64,000 bases of DNA from Bacillota bacterium (lineage in GTDB: Bacteria > Bacillota > Clostridia > Christensenellales > Aristaeellaceae). The notes below the pieces were generated by a model. It was not told where the DNA came from, did no database searches, and saw nothing but the letters and a program-made list of their open reading frames with translations. Shown here piece after piece: positions 9,415-18,964 of the stretch; the first letter of the stretch is position 1; the number at the start of each line of letters is the position of its first letter. A program made the position numbers and the translations under genes. Location: the NCBI GenBank assembly GCA_023460055.1, contig JAEWRJ010000015.1, positions 2,496 through 66,495 on the forward strand, given 5' to 3'.

Positions 9415-10356
9415 ATGAGTAAAAGATTAAGAATCATGGGATTGATATTGATGCTGGTATTTGTTGTCATATGTATCTTCATCAGCTGGGAATACTATGT
9501 AGAAACTGAGGAAATGAATACCTTCGCTTCCCTGGCTGAGATGGTCGAAGAACAACGAAAGCTTGATACAAGCAATGAAGGATCGTCATCAAATAGCTCA
9601 GAAAATCAGCCTGTTATATCAAGGCAAGCGGAGAACCAAAATGTTCAGCAGAAGTTGTTGCTGAACAAGGCTATGCAGATAGCCTCTACCGGTCCGATAA
9701 GCGGTGCGGGGATGCGCAGTACTCTATCTACTGAGCAGGATTATCTGGTCAGCGATGAGAATGGCATAGAAGAGAAGCGGATTCTTCCGCAGTATGAGGA
9801 TCTACACGAGCAGAATCCGCATCTGTATGGTTGGATACGTATCGATGGTACCAAGATTAACTATCCAATTATGTTTTCACCTGATGAACCTGAGAGATAC
9901 CTTGATAAGGACTTCTATGGAAAGAAAGCGAAATATGGTGTTCCTTTTATCGATGGGATAACTGATATTCAAGGTAGCCGTCATCTCCTTATCCATGGTC
10001 ACAATGCTCGAAGTGGCATTCTTTTTGGTGATCTGGATAGATATGGAAAAAAGTCCTTTTGGAAGGAGCACCGATACATCCGGTTTGACACCTTGTACGA
10101 GGAAAGGTTGTATGAGATTGTGGCGGTATGTCGTACAAGTACTTCAGAAAAAAAAGACGGACAAATAAGGTTTTTCGACTTTACAAATATATGGGATGAA
10201 GCTGCTATGATAGCATACATACAGTTTCTGTCGGAAAATGCAATGTATGATACTGGATTAACCATTGAACCTGACAGAGAGTTGATTACACTATCTACTT
10301 GTTCATATCATTCTGAAAATGGAAGGTTAATTATTATCGCAAAACAATCTAAGTGA
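9415..10356 (+). CDS. srtB: Class B sortase
   Basis: N-terminal TM segment, NPHLYGWIRIDGTKINYPIM, LIHGHNARSGILFGDLDRY and the catalytic ITLSTCSY (TLxTC) motif. SD AAAGGAAAAG upstream. Confidence 0.8.
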   Translation: MSKRLRIMGLILMLVFVVICIFISWEYYVETEEMNTFASLAEMVEEQRKLDTSNEGSSSNSSENQPVISRQAENQNVQQKLLLNKAMQIASTGPISGAGMRSTLSTEQDYLVSDENGIEEKRILPQYEDLHEQNPHLYGWIRIDGTKINYPIMFSPDEPERYLDKDFYGKKAKYGVPFIDGITDIQGSRHLLIHGHNARSGILFGDLDRYGKKSFWKEHRYIRFDTLYEERLYEIVAVCRTSTSEKKDGQIRFFDFTNIWDEAAMIAYIQFLSENAMYDTGLTIEPDRELITLSTCSYHSENGRLIIIAKQSK

Positions 10357-10520
10357 ATATTAAAGCAGAATAATATATGAGATGAAGCCACACTCCAAAC
10401 GAAAGCGCTATTGAAAGCATTATTCTTTCGCCTTAATAGTATTCTATCGACTAGTTAATCAAAATGGTATATAATTGGGATATATTCACTGGACTCGACT
10501 TTGTTTGAGGAGAAAAGGTA

Positions 10521-12596
10521 ATGAAACTAAAGACAATCCATATATCCAATTACCGAAAAATATATGATGTACAACTAAATATGGAAGATAGCATAACCAT
10601 TATTGCTGGAGCGAATAATAGTGGGAAAACCTCTCTTGTTGAGCTGCTTAAATCAGTTTTTGGGAGCGGAAAGTGCAAATTCGAGAGTGATGATTTTTCT
10701 GCTATAGAATGTCAAAAGTGGAGCAATAAAGTCTATCCTATGTGTCGTTCTGCATTTACTAATGGAAAACAAAAAGAAGAAATCGTAACAGAAATATGTG
10801 AAATAATTACCCAGGATGAGAAACCCGAAGATGCTATTATAATACCGCCAATTGAAGTGAAAATTCAAATTGATTATAATGAAAAAGAGGATGACATTCG
10901 CCATTTTGCTGATTATATTATGGAGCTTGACTCGAGCAATACAAGCTTTTACTTTATCTACCGTTACGGATTAAATAGGGATAGATTTTGGAAAAGCATA
11001 GATGCTGAGTACGAAAAGCTCTCTGTCCGATTCAGTAAGCTATCCGAAGACGAAGACAAGAACAAGGATATCGTTCGTGTTGTCAAAGAAATGCTCATAT
11101 CCCTATATGCAGGTTCATGCGAAGAAATGGCATACTTCTCTGATAAATTATATAAAAATAGAGTTGCTATGGATATATCATCATTTAAGAATCTATTTAA
11201 TTATAATAATATTATGGCCGGCCGAACTTTAGATGATGAAAATACCGATAGAACAAGAATTCTAAGCAAAAGCATGGTTGATATCGCCAGCCAAGAAGAG
11301 AGCTGGCAGGATTTGCTTTGCCGCCTTCCGGATCAAATTATTCAGCCTATTCAGCAAGCAAGGATTCAGGAAAGAGTTCGAGAAGCATCGCTTGATTCTT
11401 TACGTGTTACAATGGAGGCAGTTTCCAGAACCAACGGGGGACATGCCGGAAATATTGTAATTGACATGAACGTAACTGAAGATGCTGTCCATGCATTGCT
11501 GAAAAGTATAACTTCTGCAAAATATCAAGCGGATGACCACTATTTGAGAGAGTCTTCGCAAGGGTTAGGATATAGCAATCTTATCTATATCCATCTTCAA
11601 TTAGAGAGGTTCAAGAGAAGCATAGACCCTCTTCTTGTAAATATATTTATAATCGAAGAACCGGAAGCACATATGCATCCTCAAATGCAGAACGTTTTTG
11701 CCCAATACTTATTTGAGTATTACAATCAAGGCATAGGTATACAAGGGGTGCTCACAACGCACTCGCATGAGGTAGTTCGTTCTGCGAAAATCTCCCAGCT
11801 CAGGGTATTGCGTCAGGAAGAGCCTTTCAGATGCAGAATGTTTGACTTGCGCGAATTTCAAAACTCAATTGCATCATGTAAGGAGCTTCTTGAATTCTAT
11901 GATTTTTTCTACGCAGTCAATTTCCCTGATATTATTTTCGCTGACAAAATCATTATGTATGAAGGTGATACAGAACGAATGCTTATAAAAAGTGCATTGT
12001 GCTTAAAAGACTTTGAGTTTATAAGAGGACAGTACGTTTCTTTCGTTCAGGTTGGCGGAGCGTATGCTTATAACTATAAGTCTATTATTGACTTTTTGGG
12101 TATAAAGACTGTTTTGATAACGGATTTGGACTATGACAATGATTCATCAAGCGATACTGATGTCTTGGCCTCTACCACGACAAATTCAACGATTAATAAG
12201 TTTTCTAGAAGCGAACTAAATCAATCAAATCCAACTATACAAAAACTATATGATTGGCAAAATAAATTCGCTCCAATTGTAGTGGGGAGCATTTATCTTG
12301 CTTTTCAAGGGGAAAATGATCATTTTTCAAGGACTCTCGAAGAAGCAATGCTTGCAAAATACTACGGGGTTTCGGCATTAGATAAAAGGTCCGCGAATGA
12401 ATGGAAAAAGAATCGAGGAAAGGACAAACTTATATTCACCATTCCTAGGAAAGAAGAAACTTGCAGTATTCATGATATTGTTGAGCACACATCAAATAGA
12501 AAGACGGATTTTATGTATTCGGTTATCCTCAATAACTTGGTAAATGCAATGCTTCCAGCTTATATAAGGGAGGCATTGTTATGGCTAGCAAACTAA
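10521..12596 (+). CDS. gajA: OLD-family ATPase/Toprim nuclease (GajA-like, class 2 OLD)
   Basis: Walker A GANNSGKTS, signature-like SQGLGYSN, Walker B IFIIEEPEAHMHP and TTHSHE. C-terminal Toprim has MYEGDTE and ITDLDYD (DxD). SD GAGGAG upstream. The 3' end overlaps the next gene by 16 nt. Confidence 0.8.
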   Translation: MKLKTIHISNYRKIYDVQLNMEDSITIIAGANNSGKTSLVELLKSVFGSGKCKFESDDFSAIECQKWSNKVYPMCRSAFTNGKQKEEIVTEICEIITQDEKPEDAIIIPPIEVKIQIDYNEKEDDIRHFADYIMELDSSNTSFYFIYRYGLNRDRFWKSIDAEYEKLSVRFSKLSEDEDKNKDIVRVVKEMLISLYAGSCEEMAYFSDKLYKNRVAMDISSFKNLFNYNNIMAGRTLDDENTDRTRILSKSMVDIASQEESWQDLLCRLPDQIIQPIQQARIQERVREASLDSLRVTMEAVSRTNGGHAGNIVIDMNVTEDAVHALLKSITSAKYQADDHYLRESSQGLGYSNLIYIHLQLERFKRSIDPLLVNIFIIEEPEAHMHPQMQNVFAQYLFEYYNQGIGIQGVLTTHSHEVVRSAKISQLRVLRQEEPFRCRMFDLREFQNSIASCKELLEFYDFFYAVNFPDIIFADKIIMYEGDTERMLIKSALCLKDFEFIRGQYVSFVQVGGAYAYNYKSIIDFLGIKTVLITDLDYDNDSSSDTDVLASTTTNSTINKFSRSELNQSNPTIQKLYDWQNKFAPIVVGSIYLAFQGENDHFSRTLEEAMLAKYYGVSALDKRSANEWKKNRGKDKLIFTIPRKEETCSIHDIVEHTSNRKTDFMYSVILNNLVNAMLPAYIREALLWLAN

Positions 12597-14563
12597 ATAA
12601 TTGTTTTCTAATTAACGCCCCTGCAGGAAGTGGAAAGACGACACAGATAAAGGCAATGGTGCAAAAATATATTGTTGAGATGCCCGGAGATAACATTCTG
12701 TGTATTACTTACACCAACCGTGCTGCAGAAGAGCTGTCAAATGGAATTGAATCAAAAAATGTGTATATCGGTACTATACATTCTTTCCTTCATGCATTTA
12801 TGAAGCGGTATTTTACTCACCAAGATATTCTTGATTTATATTATGAAGTATATGGTGACCAAATTAAGGGACGCATTGAAAACCTTGAACAGACTGATTA
12901 TGTTGCAGATAGCAATAGTAAATATGTAGAAAAATATGGTGAGCTTAGCTACGAAGCAATTCGAAAAAATATAAAGACTCTTTCATATAATGAATCTCCA
13001 TTCAACTCTCTATATTATGGGGGGCTATCCCATGATGACTTAATAAGTTTTTCAAAACATATTTTTGATCGATATTCCATTATTGGGAAAATGATATCTT
13101 CAAAGTATCAGCATATTTTCATTGATGAATACCAGGATACAATGGCGGATGTTTTGAAAATATTTTATAAAAGTGTTGCTGGATCGAACACACATTTATA
13201 CTTGTTTGGGGATCGAATGCAGCAGATTTATAGGAATTATGATGGTTCTTTTGAAGAGCAATTTGAATTATTTGACACTACGCAGTCACTATTGATTAAT
13301 CATCGATCAGTGACGGCCATTGTGAAACTATTAAATAAAATATGTAATGATCCATCTTTTGATCAAGATAATTCGCGCAAAATGAAGTCAGTAAGCGCGG
13401 ATTTTTTACCGCGCATTGTTATTAGCGACAACATTGATGAATCGATTAATGGAATAAAAGAATCTGATTCAAGTGCCTTGGTGCTGTATCTTCTGAACAG
13501 AGAGCGCTTTGGCTATATTGGTGCCCTTAACCTTTATCAAGCATTTTCTGGGATGGATAAGTACTCATTTGGTAAAACCTATACAGCAGTGGATGTACTA
13601 ACAACGCCCTATGATGTAAACCCAGATCCTTTGATAAAAGTATTATACTGCATTGTTCATATGGCAGACTGCTATCAGAAGGAGCAGTATGGCTCAATTA
13701 TTCAGACGTTAAAAACATATAAGTCAATGTTCTGTAAGGACAGCTGGTATATCAAAACGCATGATGACAAGAAAAAACTGCTTAGCAAATTGAAGAAAGT
13801 GTTTGCGGGTTTTAAGGATGAGAATAAAACAATAGCTGATTTGCTAACTATGCTTTTAGATACTTCAATAGCGGAAAACACTTATGTGGAAGGTATTTAT
13901 GCCGATAGAGATTATCACCAGGTATTCGATGTGCCTGTTATTGAATTAAAGCGAGTTATCGAATATCTGGGAAATCCTAAAGTATCAACGCAGCATGGAG
14001 TGAAGGGGGAAAGCCATGATAGCGTGGTGTTTGTCGCAGATAACTGTAGTACTAATCCCGTAGTCCATATGTATCGGTTTTTTGACATGTGGGGAAATTT
14101 CTCGGTTTCATTAAAGCCATTTAGCCAGTTTTATTACAGCTATATTACTGAATTGGCTGATTTACAGTACACTATTGGTATAAAAATAAGTGATCTAAAA
14201 AAGGACACTTATACTCAGCACGAAAAGGCAATCAGTGAAAAAATCGCTACAATAATTGACAAGTTTACGAATAATTCATATTTTATGTATCTGTGTATGG
14301 AAAAATATGACCAATACTTAAAAAAACCGGGAGTGACAAAAGCCAAAGACTGTTTGAAAGAGAGCACTGTATTCGGTGTGCTAAGTGCTTATAAACTGTT
14401 TTATGTTGGATGTTCACGAGCAAGAAAAAATCTCACTATTCTTTTGGATCGATCAAAGGTCATAGGAGATTTTGAAAGACAGAAACGCAGATTTATTGAA
14501 ATAGGATTTACAATCTTACAGGCTGATTCTACATTCAATTCAATATCGGAGGGCGGTCAATAA
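12581..14563 (+). CDS. gajB: UvrD/PcrA-like superfamily 1 helicase (GajB-like)
   Basis: APAGSGKTT (Walker A), IFIDEYQDT (motif II), LINHRS, TQHGVKGESHDSVVFV and LFYVGCSRARKNL (motif VI). SD GGGAGG upstream. Translationally coupled to the OLD gene. Confidence 0.8.
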   Translation: MASKLNNCFLINAPAGSGKTTQIKAMVQKYIVEMPGDNILCITYTNRAAEELSNGIESKNVYIGTIHSFLHAFMKRYFTHQDILDLYYEVYGDQIKGRIENLEQTDYVADSNSKYVEKYGELSYEAIRKNIKTLSYNESPFNSLYYGGLSHDDLISFSKHIFDRYSIIGKMISSKYQHIFIDEYQDTMADVLKIFYKSVAGSNTHLYLFGDRMQQIYRNYDGSFEEQFELFDTTQSLLINHRSVTAIVKLLNKICNDPSFDQDNSRKMKSVSADFLPRIVISDNIDESINGIKESDSSALVLYLLNRERFGYIGALNLYQAFSGMDKYSFGKTYTAVDVLTTPYDVNPDPLIKVLYCIVHMADCYQKEQYGSIIQTLKTYKSMFCKDSWYIKTHDDKKKLLSKLKKVFAGFKDENKTIADLLTMLLDTSIAENTYVEGIYADRDYHQVFDVPVIELKRVIEYLGNPKVSTQHGVKGESHDSVVFVADNCSTNPVVHMYRFFDMWGNFSVSLKPFSQFYYSYITELADLQYTIGIKISDLKKDTYTQHEKAISEKIATIIDKFTNNSYFMYLCMEKYDQYLKKPGVTKAKDCLKESTVFGVLSAYKLFYVGCSRARKNLTILLDRSKVIGDFERQKRRFIEIGFTILQADSTFNSISEGGQ

Positions 14564-14721
14564 TTTATGTTATGAGATTAGTCTTTAGGCACTTAAAAGA
14601 CGCTGAAAAACGAAATGTTGGAGGGAGAGTTATGGAACGGTGGTACACTCTTCGATAAGATAAACGTATACTGCACATTAGCTAGAAGACTATGGGAAAT
14701 AATATATAGGAGGGATGATAC

Positions 14722-16281
14722 ATGCTTCTAACAGTTGGATCGTCGGTTAAGGGAGAAGGAAACGATTTTTATGTGCTAGATGAGATTATTGGGAAAGGTA
14801 GCTTTGGCTATGTTTTCAAGGCTCGTCGAAAAAAAGATGACGCAGTTTTTGCTGTGAAAGCAATGCTCCCGTCGTTTGGTGATTCTTATTCAGCAGCAAG
14901 CTTCAAAAATGAGATGCGTTTAGCTGAAGCAGTCAAAGGTGATAATATTATTCAATATGAGTTTGTCCATTCAGGCGAAGCATATCCTGAGTTACCGCCA
15001 TACATAGTGATGGAATATGCTGATGGAGGGACGTTGACGCAACAATTGAAGCACAGGCAACAAATAGGAAAGCCTCTGGAACTGGTGGAATTATTAGATA
15101 TATTTAGGCAGCTTGCTCATGGGATGGATGAAATAAACCGTACTCTTGTTCATCGGGATATAAAGCCTGACAATATCTTATTATGCGGGAACACCCTGAA
15201 AATTTCTGATTTTGGTTTGTCAAGAATTGCAATTGAAGGAACTCGGATGTTGACATTTAAAGGTTGGGGTACTCCGCTTTATATGGCTCCAGAGGCATGG
15301 GATTATGGCAAGAATACTATTCAGATGGATATCTATTCAATGGGTATTATCTTTTACGAATTGGCAACATTTAGATACCCTTATTTGCCAGTTCCAAAGA
15401 CCGATGATGACTGCAAAAGCGCTCACCTACACTCAGCAATACAGAATCTTAATAGTGTCAGTAGTTTTTTGACTCCAAGCCTTATCTCTGTTATCAACCG
15501 AATGTTAGAAAAATCCACACAACGGCGGTTTGATAATTGGAAGGATATTATCCGACTGATTGAAGAACAAAAAGAACCTGATTCTATGATTGACAAGTTA
15601 GTTACTGCTACCATTACAGCAAAAAATGCAGAAGACATTGCTCGGCAGGAGAGGGAGAGTAACATTCGACAGACAGTAAAGGAAAAAGATGATTTTTGCA
15701 AATTAGTTCGTTCGCAGTTTGATAATACGATTGTTGCATCGATCACCAGTTATATTGAAAAGGTTAATGAAAAATATGCAGGAAATGAAAAAATCACCTT
15801 CTCGAAAAGTAATGGAGTAGGGTATCAAGCAGAACGCTTTACTTGGGAAATGATTATTCCACCTGACAATGTAATTTCGATTAAGATGGAAGCCATTCTT
15901 AAAGAGAACTATAAGCGGAAAGTCAGAACTAATAGGTTTTGGGGAGAAGAGGGAGTACGAACTGAAAATTACATCCCACAATTCAGTGGGAGGAATATAC
16001 ATGCTTGGGGAGAGGTGAAAAACAAAGCGGGTTATGGTTTCAATTTGTTGTTGATAGATAGTGGTGAAATATATGGAGATTGGCACATAATGAATAATAA
16101 AAATAACCTTAGCTATATGAATAACAAGGAGCGTCGTGAGCCTTTCTCCTTTAGTTTGAATGAACTTCCAGAAGAGATAGACAGGGTGCAAATAACGCAT
16201 CTCTATAGAGCAGTATTTGAGCCTTTTAGTGAGTCATCATTGTTAGATATAATCTCGAAATTAATTTATGAACTAAAATAA
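14722..16281 (+). CDS. Hanks-type Ser/Thr protein kinase with a roughly 240-aa C-terminal domain of unknown type
   Basis: GKGSFGYVFKA glycine loop, FAVKAM lysine, HRDIKPDNILL catalytic loop, ISDFGLSR and YMAPE. SD GGAGGG upstream. I recognise no motif in the C-terminal half. Confidence 0.85.
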   Translation: MLLTVGSSVKGEGNDFYVLDEIIGKGSFGYVFKARRKKDDAVFAVKAMLPSFGDSYSAASFKNEMRLAEAVKGDNIIQYEFVHSGEAYPELPPYIVMEYADGGTLTQQLKHRQQIGKPLELVELLDIFRQLAHGMDEINRTLVHRDIKPDNILLCGNTLKISDFGLSRIAIEGTRMLTFKGWGTPLYMAPEAWDYGKNTIQMDIYSMGIIFYELATFRYPYLPVPKTDDDCKSAHLHSAIQNLNSVSSFLTPSLISVINRMLEKSTQRRFDNWKDIIRLIEEQKEPDSMIDKLVTATITAKNAEDIARQERESNIRQTVKEKDDFCKLVRSQFDNTIVASITSYIEKVNEKYAGNEKITFSKSNGVGYQAERFTWEMIIPPDNVISIKMEAILKENYKRKVRTNRFWGEEGVRTENYIPQFSGRNIHAWGEVKNKAGYGFNLLLIDSGEIYGDWHIMNNKNNLSYMNNKERREPFSFSLNELPEEIDRVQITHLYRAVFEPFSESSLLDIISKLIYELK

Positions 16282-16504
16282 ACACTCTCACCAAAATGGT
16301 GTGATCGGTTCGTCTGGTTTTTGTATTTATGAATAAAATATAGTTAGCAGCGAGTTTTCATATTGCTATGCAAGCTGTGCGGTCTTGTTGTCGCTTGTTC
16401 TTGGCATTTTCAAATTATCAAGAAGTTGTCTAATTGTCAAAAAACAGTTGAAGCATCATGTTTGACGCTTACACATCAAACGATGATATGAATCTGTTTT
16501 TTTA

Positions 16505-16933
16505 CTACTTGCCCAGAATAAACTTATCTAACCTATCTTTGTCTCTGATCTGGAGGCCTGCCAACTCAGCAAGATAACATTTTTGCAGGTATTCTTCACG
16601 AGAATCAACAGCATCACTTATTGTTACTTCTATATTATCTGGCCATATTAGATTAAGCCATCCGGTTCTCAAGAAGCGGCTTAGTATATGTTTTCCACGA
16701 TACTCTTCTTTGATTATCCAGTGAACATCAAAATTTCCATATCTCAAAATGATTCCTGCTTTACTCCTGCAATGGATAAGTACAATAACCTCATAAACGC
16801 TGGACTGAGTAATACAGGATGAGTCTGGCTCTTGAAACATTTGAAAGCAGTGATATGCTTTATCAGGTATAAGAACTTTGCCAGCAGCCACATCGCACTC
16901 ATTAAGTAAAGCAAGTAAGGATTCATTTGTCAT
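16505..16933 (-). CDS. Small hypothetical protein, possibly GNAT-like, convergent with the kinase gene
   Basis: 142 aa counted from the ATG with SD GGGAGG (MTNESLL...). IIKEEYRGKHILSRFL weakly resembles GNAT motif A. Confidence 0.45.
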   Translation of the reverse strand: MTNESLLALLNECDVAAGKVLIPDKAYHCFQMFQEPDSSCITQSSVYEVIVLIHCRSKAGIILRYGNFDVHWIIKEEYRGKHILSRFLRTGWLNLIWPDNIEVTISDAVDSREEYLQKCYLAELAGLQIRDKDRLDKFILGK

Positions 16934-17330
16934 AAGGATACCTCCCATTTACGATTTTCGACACCATATACATATCTGGAGATTAAGCTTTAATGCTGAT
17001 TTACATTCTATTCCAGTATTGCAATTCTATCATACATGGCAATGAAGGACTACATAAATACAGTGTCAATACGTTGAGAAATAACCTGGCAGTTTGCACA
17101 CCAGCTATGTATGGTTCACTAAGGATTTTCGTCGGGCAATCCAATAGATTTAATGGCCTCCCCCGTCGCCATAGTGATAGAGTACCCGATAGGACAGGCT
17201 GAAAACTGTCGAAATCGAAAAGTGGTGAATTTTGACCAGGGGAACACCTTCATGCTCAGAAACCTTGTTTCTGCTGTGTTCTGATGCTTTGTTTGTGTAA
17301 GGAGAGTCGGGAGACAACAATATATAGCGG

Positions 17331-17359
17331 TTGCGCAATTAAATCATGTGGATTATAAT
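17331..17359 (+). promoter_or_regulatory. Sigma-A-type promoter of the polymerase module
   Basis: TTGCGC (17331-17336), a 17-nt spacer, then TATAAT (17354-17359). Confidence 0.55.
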
Positions 17360-17370
17360 TCATCTCATAA

Positions 17371-17390
17371 ATGAGAACAATAGTTCTCAT
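17371..17390 (+). promoter_or_regulatory. LexA (Cheo/SOS) box
   Basis: Perfect palindrome ATGAGAAC-AATA-GTTCTCAT containing GAAC-N4-GTTC, the Gram-positive LexA operator core. It lies between the -10 box and the SD of the polymerase gene. Confidence 0.7.
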
Positions 17391-17407
17391 TTGAAAGGAG
17401 GGGTTGT

Positions 17408-18685
17408 GTGGATCGCGTCATACTGCATTGCGACGCCAATAGCTTCTACGCATCGTGCGAGCTGGTGTATCATCCTGAGCTGCGCGGATTGCCAATGTCT
17501 GTTGCGGGCGATGGAGATCAGCGGCATGGCATTATCCTTGCATCCACGCCTGAAGCCAAACGTTGCGGCATTAAGACCGGCATGGTGACTTGGGAGGCGA
17601 AGAAGTTATGCCCTAATTTGATCACGATGCCTGCAAACTTCGAAAGATATCAAAATTTTTCACGCCGTCTCCGGGCAATGTTCCGTGAGTATACGCCTAA
17701 TGTAACGCCATACGGCTTAGATGAAGCCTGGGTTGATCTGACTGGCAGGGGTGTCACCATCGATGATGGCACTATGATTGCCCAGACCCTGCGGCAAAGA
17801 GCCAAAGATGAGCTTGGATTGACCCTTTCAGCAGGAATTTCATTTACGTATTGCTTTTCGAAATTGGGGTCTGACATGAAGAAGCCCGATGCCTCAACGA
17901 TTATCTCACGGGAGAACTATCAGCAGCTGGTCTGGCCGCTGCCGGCGGGCGATCTCCTGTTTGTTGGACCCCACACCGTGCCGAAATTGGCCGCATGCGG
18001 CATCCGCACCATCGGGGACATTGCCAACGCTCCTGAAGGACTCTTAGAATCTTTGTTTGGAAAAGTGGGGCTGATGCACGTCCGTCACGCTACAGGGCAG
18101 TACGACAAACCGCCTATCCCGCCGGAAGAGATGGAGTCTGTAGGTCACTCTGTCACTGCTCCCAGGGATATGGAATCCATCTCGGATGTCAGGTGCGTGT
18201 ATACAGCCTTGGCGGAGGCAGTCTCTATGCGGATGCGTCATTCGGGTGTGGTCGGCCGATGCATCAACATTCATGTCCGCGACAGCAAGCTCAATGTCAG
18301 AGGATGCCAGAAAACCATTGGGTATCACACATCCCTTAGCCGAGAAATTGTTCATGTTGCGATGGAACTTTTTTCCGCCAAACAGTATGAACGAATGCTT
18401 CCGCTCCGCTCTATCGGCGTTAGTGTCTCATCACTACGACACGCGACAGATCCCGTTCAGCTTGACATCTTCGGTGACGAAAAGCGCAGGCAAAAGGAAA
18501 TCAGCCTTGCAGGAACCGTTGATGAGCTTCGGAGCCGCTTTGGAACGATGATGATTCGGCGCGGAAATGTTCTGGCAAGTCCCTCTTTTGCGAATATCAA
18601 TGCATTTGATGATCACACGATATACCCTGGCGGTGATCGTGAGAAGAAAGGTGGAAGCAGATGCAAAAACTACCTCGGCCATTAG
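17408..18685 (+). CDS. Y-family (DinB/UmuC-like) translesion DNA polymerase
   Basis: GTG start after SD AAAGGAGGGG. VILHCDANSFYASCE and the following palm motifs are typical of the ImpB/MucB/SamB family. Confidence 0.85.
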   Translation: MDRVILHCDANSFYASCELVYHPELRGLPMSVAGDGDQRHGIILASTPEAKRCGIKTGMVTWEAKKLCPNLITMPANFERYQNFSRRLRAMFREYTPNVTPYGLDEAWVDLTGRGVTIDDGTMIAQTLRQRAKDELGLTLSAGISFTYCFSKLGSDMKKPDASTIISRENYQQLVWPLPAGDLLFVGPHTVPKLAACGIRTIGDIANAPEGLLESLFGKVGLMHVRHATGQYDKPPIPPEEMESVGHSVTAPRDMESISDVRCVYTALAEAVSMRMRHSGVVGRCINIHVRDSKLNVRGCQKTIGYHTSLSREIVHVAMELFSAKQYERMLPLRSIGVSVSSLRHATDPVQLDIFGDEKRRQKEISLAGTVDELRSRFGTMMIRRGNVLASPSFANINAFDDHTIYPGGDREKKGGSRCKNYLGH

Positions 18686-18954
18686 CGATCAGACAGAATG
18701 TCAAGGTTGATGTTGAGATCGATGAGGACGGAGAGATTGTACCTAAAAGGATATTCTGGCCTGGGCGTGAAGGGGGATGGCGAGAAGTCGAGAAAGGGTT
18801 CAAATCCGGACCGGGTGTCGCGCGTAAGGCGGGCGGTGCTGGTCTGCGCTTTGAAGTTCGCATAGAGAACTATATCTTCGAGCTCTTCCTTGTGGATGGC
18901 ATATTCTTCTTCGAGCGAACCCAGCAGGGTATAATACCCTTACGACAAGCTTAA
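18661..18954 (+). CDS. Small conserved-looking protein coupled to the polymerase, function unknown
   Basis: 97 aa with SD AAAGGTGGAAG. It overlaps the polymerase 3' end by 25 nt. ...ARKAGGAGLRFEVRIENYIFELFL resembles a small family I recall next to Clostridial Y-polymerases. Confidence 0.5.
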   Translation: MQKLPRPLAIRQNVKVDVEIDEDGEIVPKRIFWPGREGGWREVEKGFKSGPGVARKAGGAGLRFEVRIENYIFELFLVDGIFFFERTQQGIIPLRQA

Positions 18955-18964
18955 GGAGGCTTCT

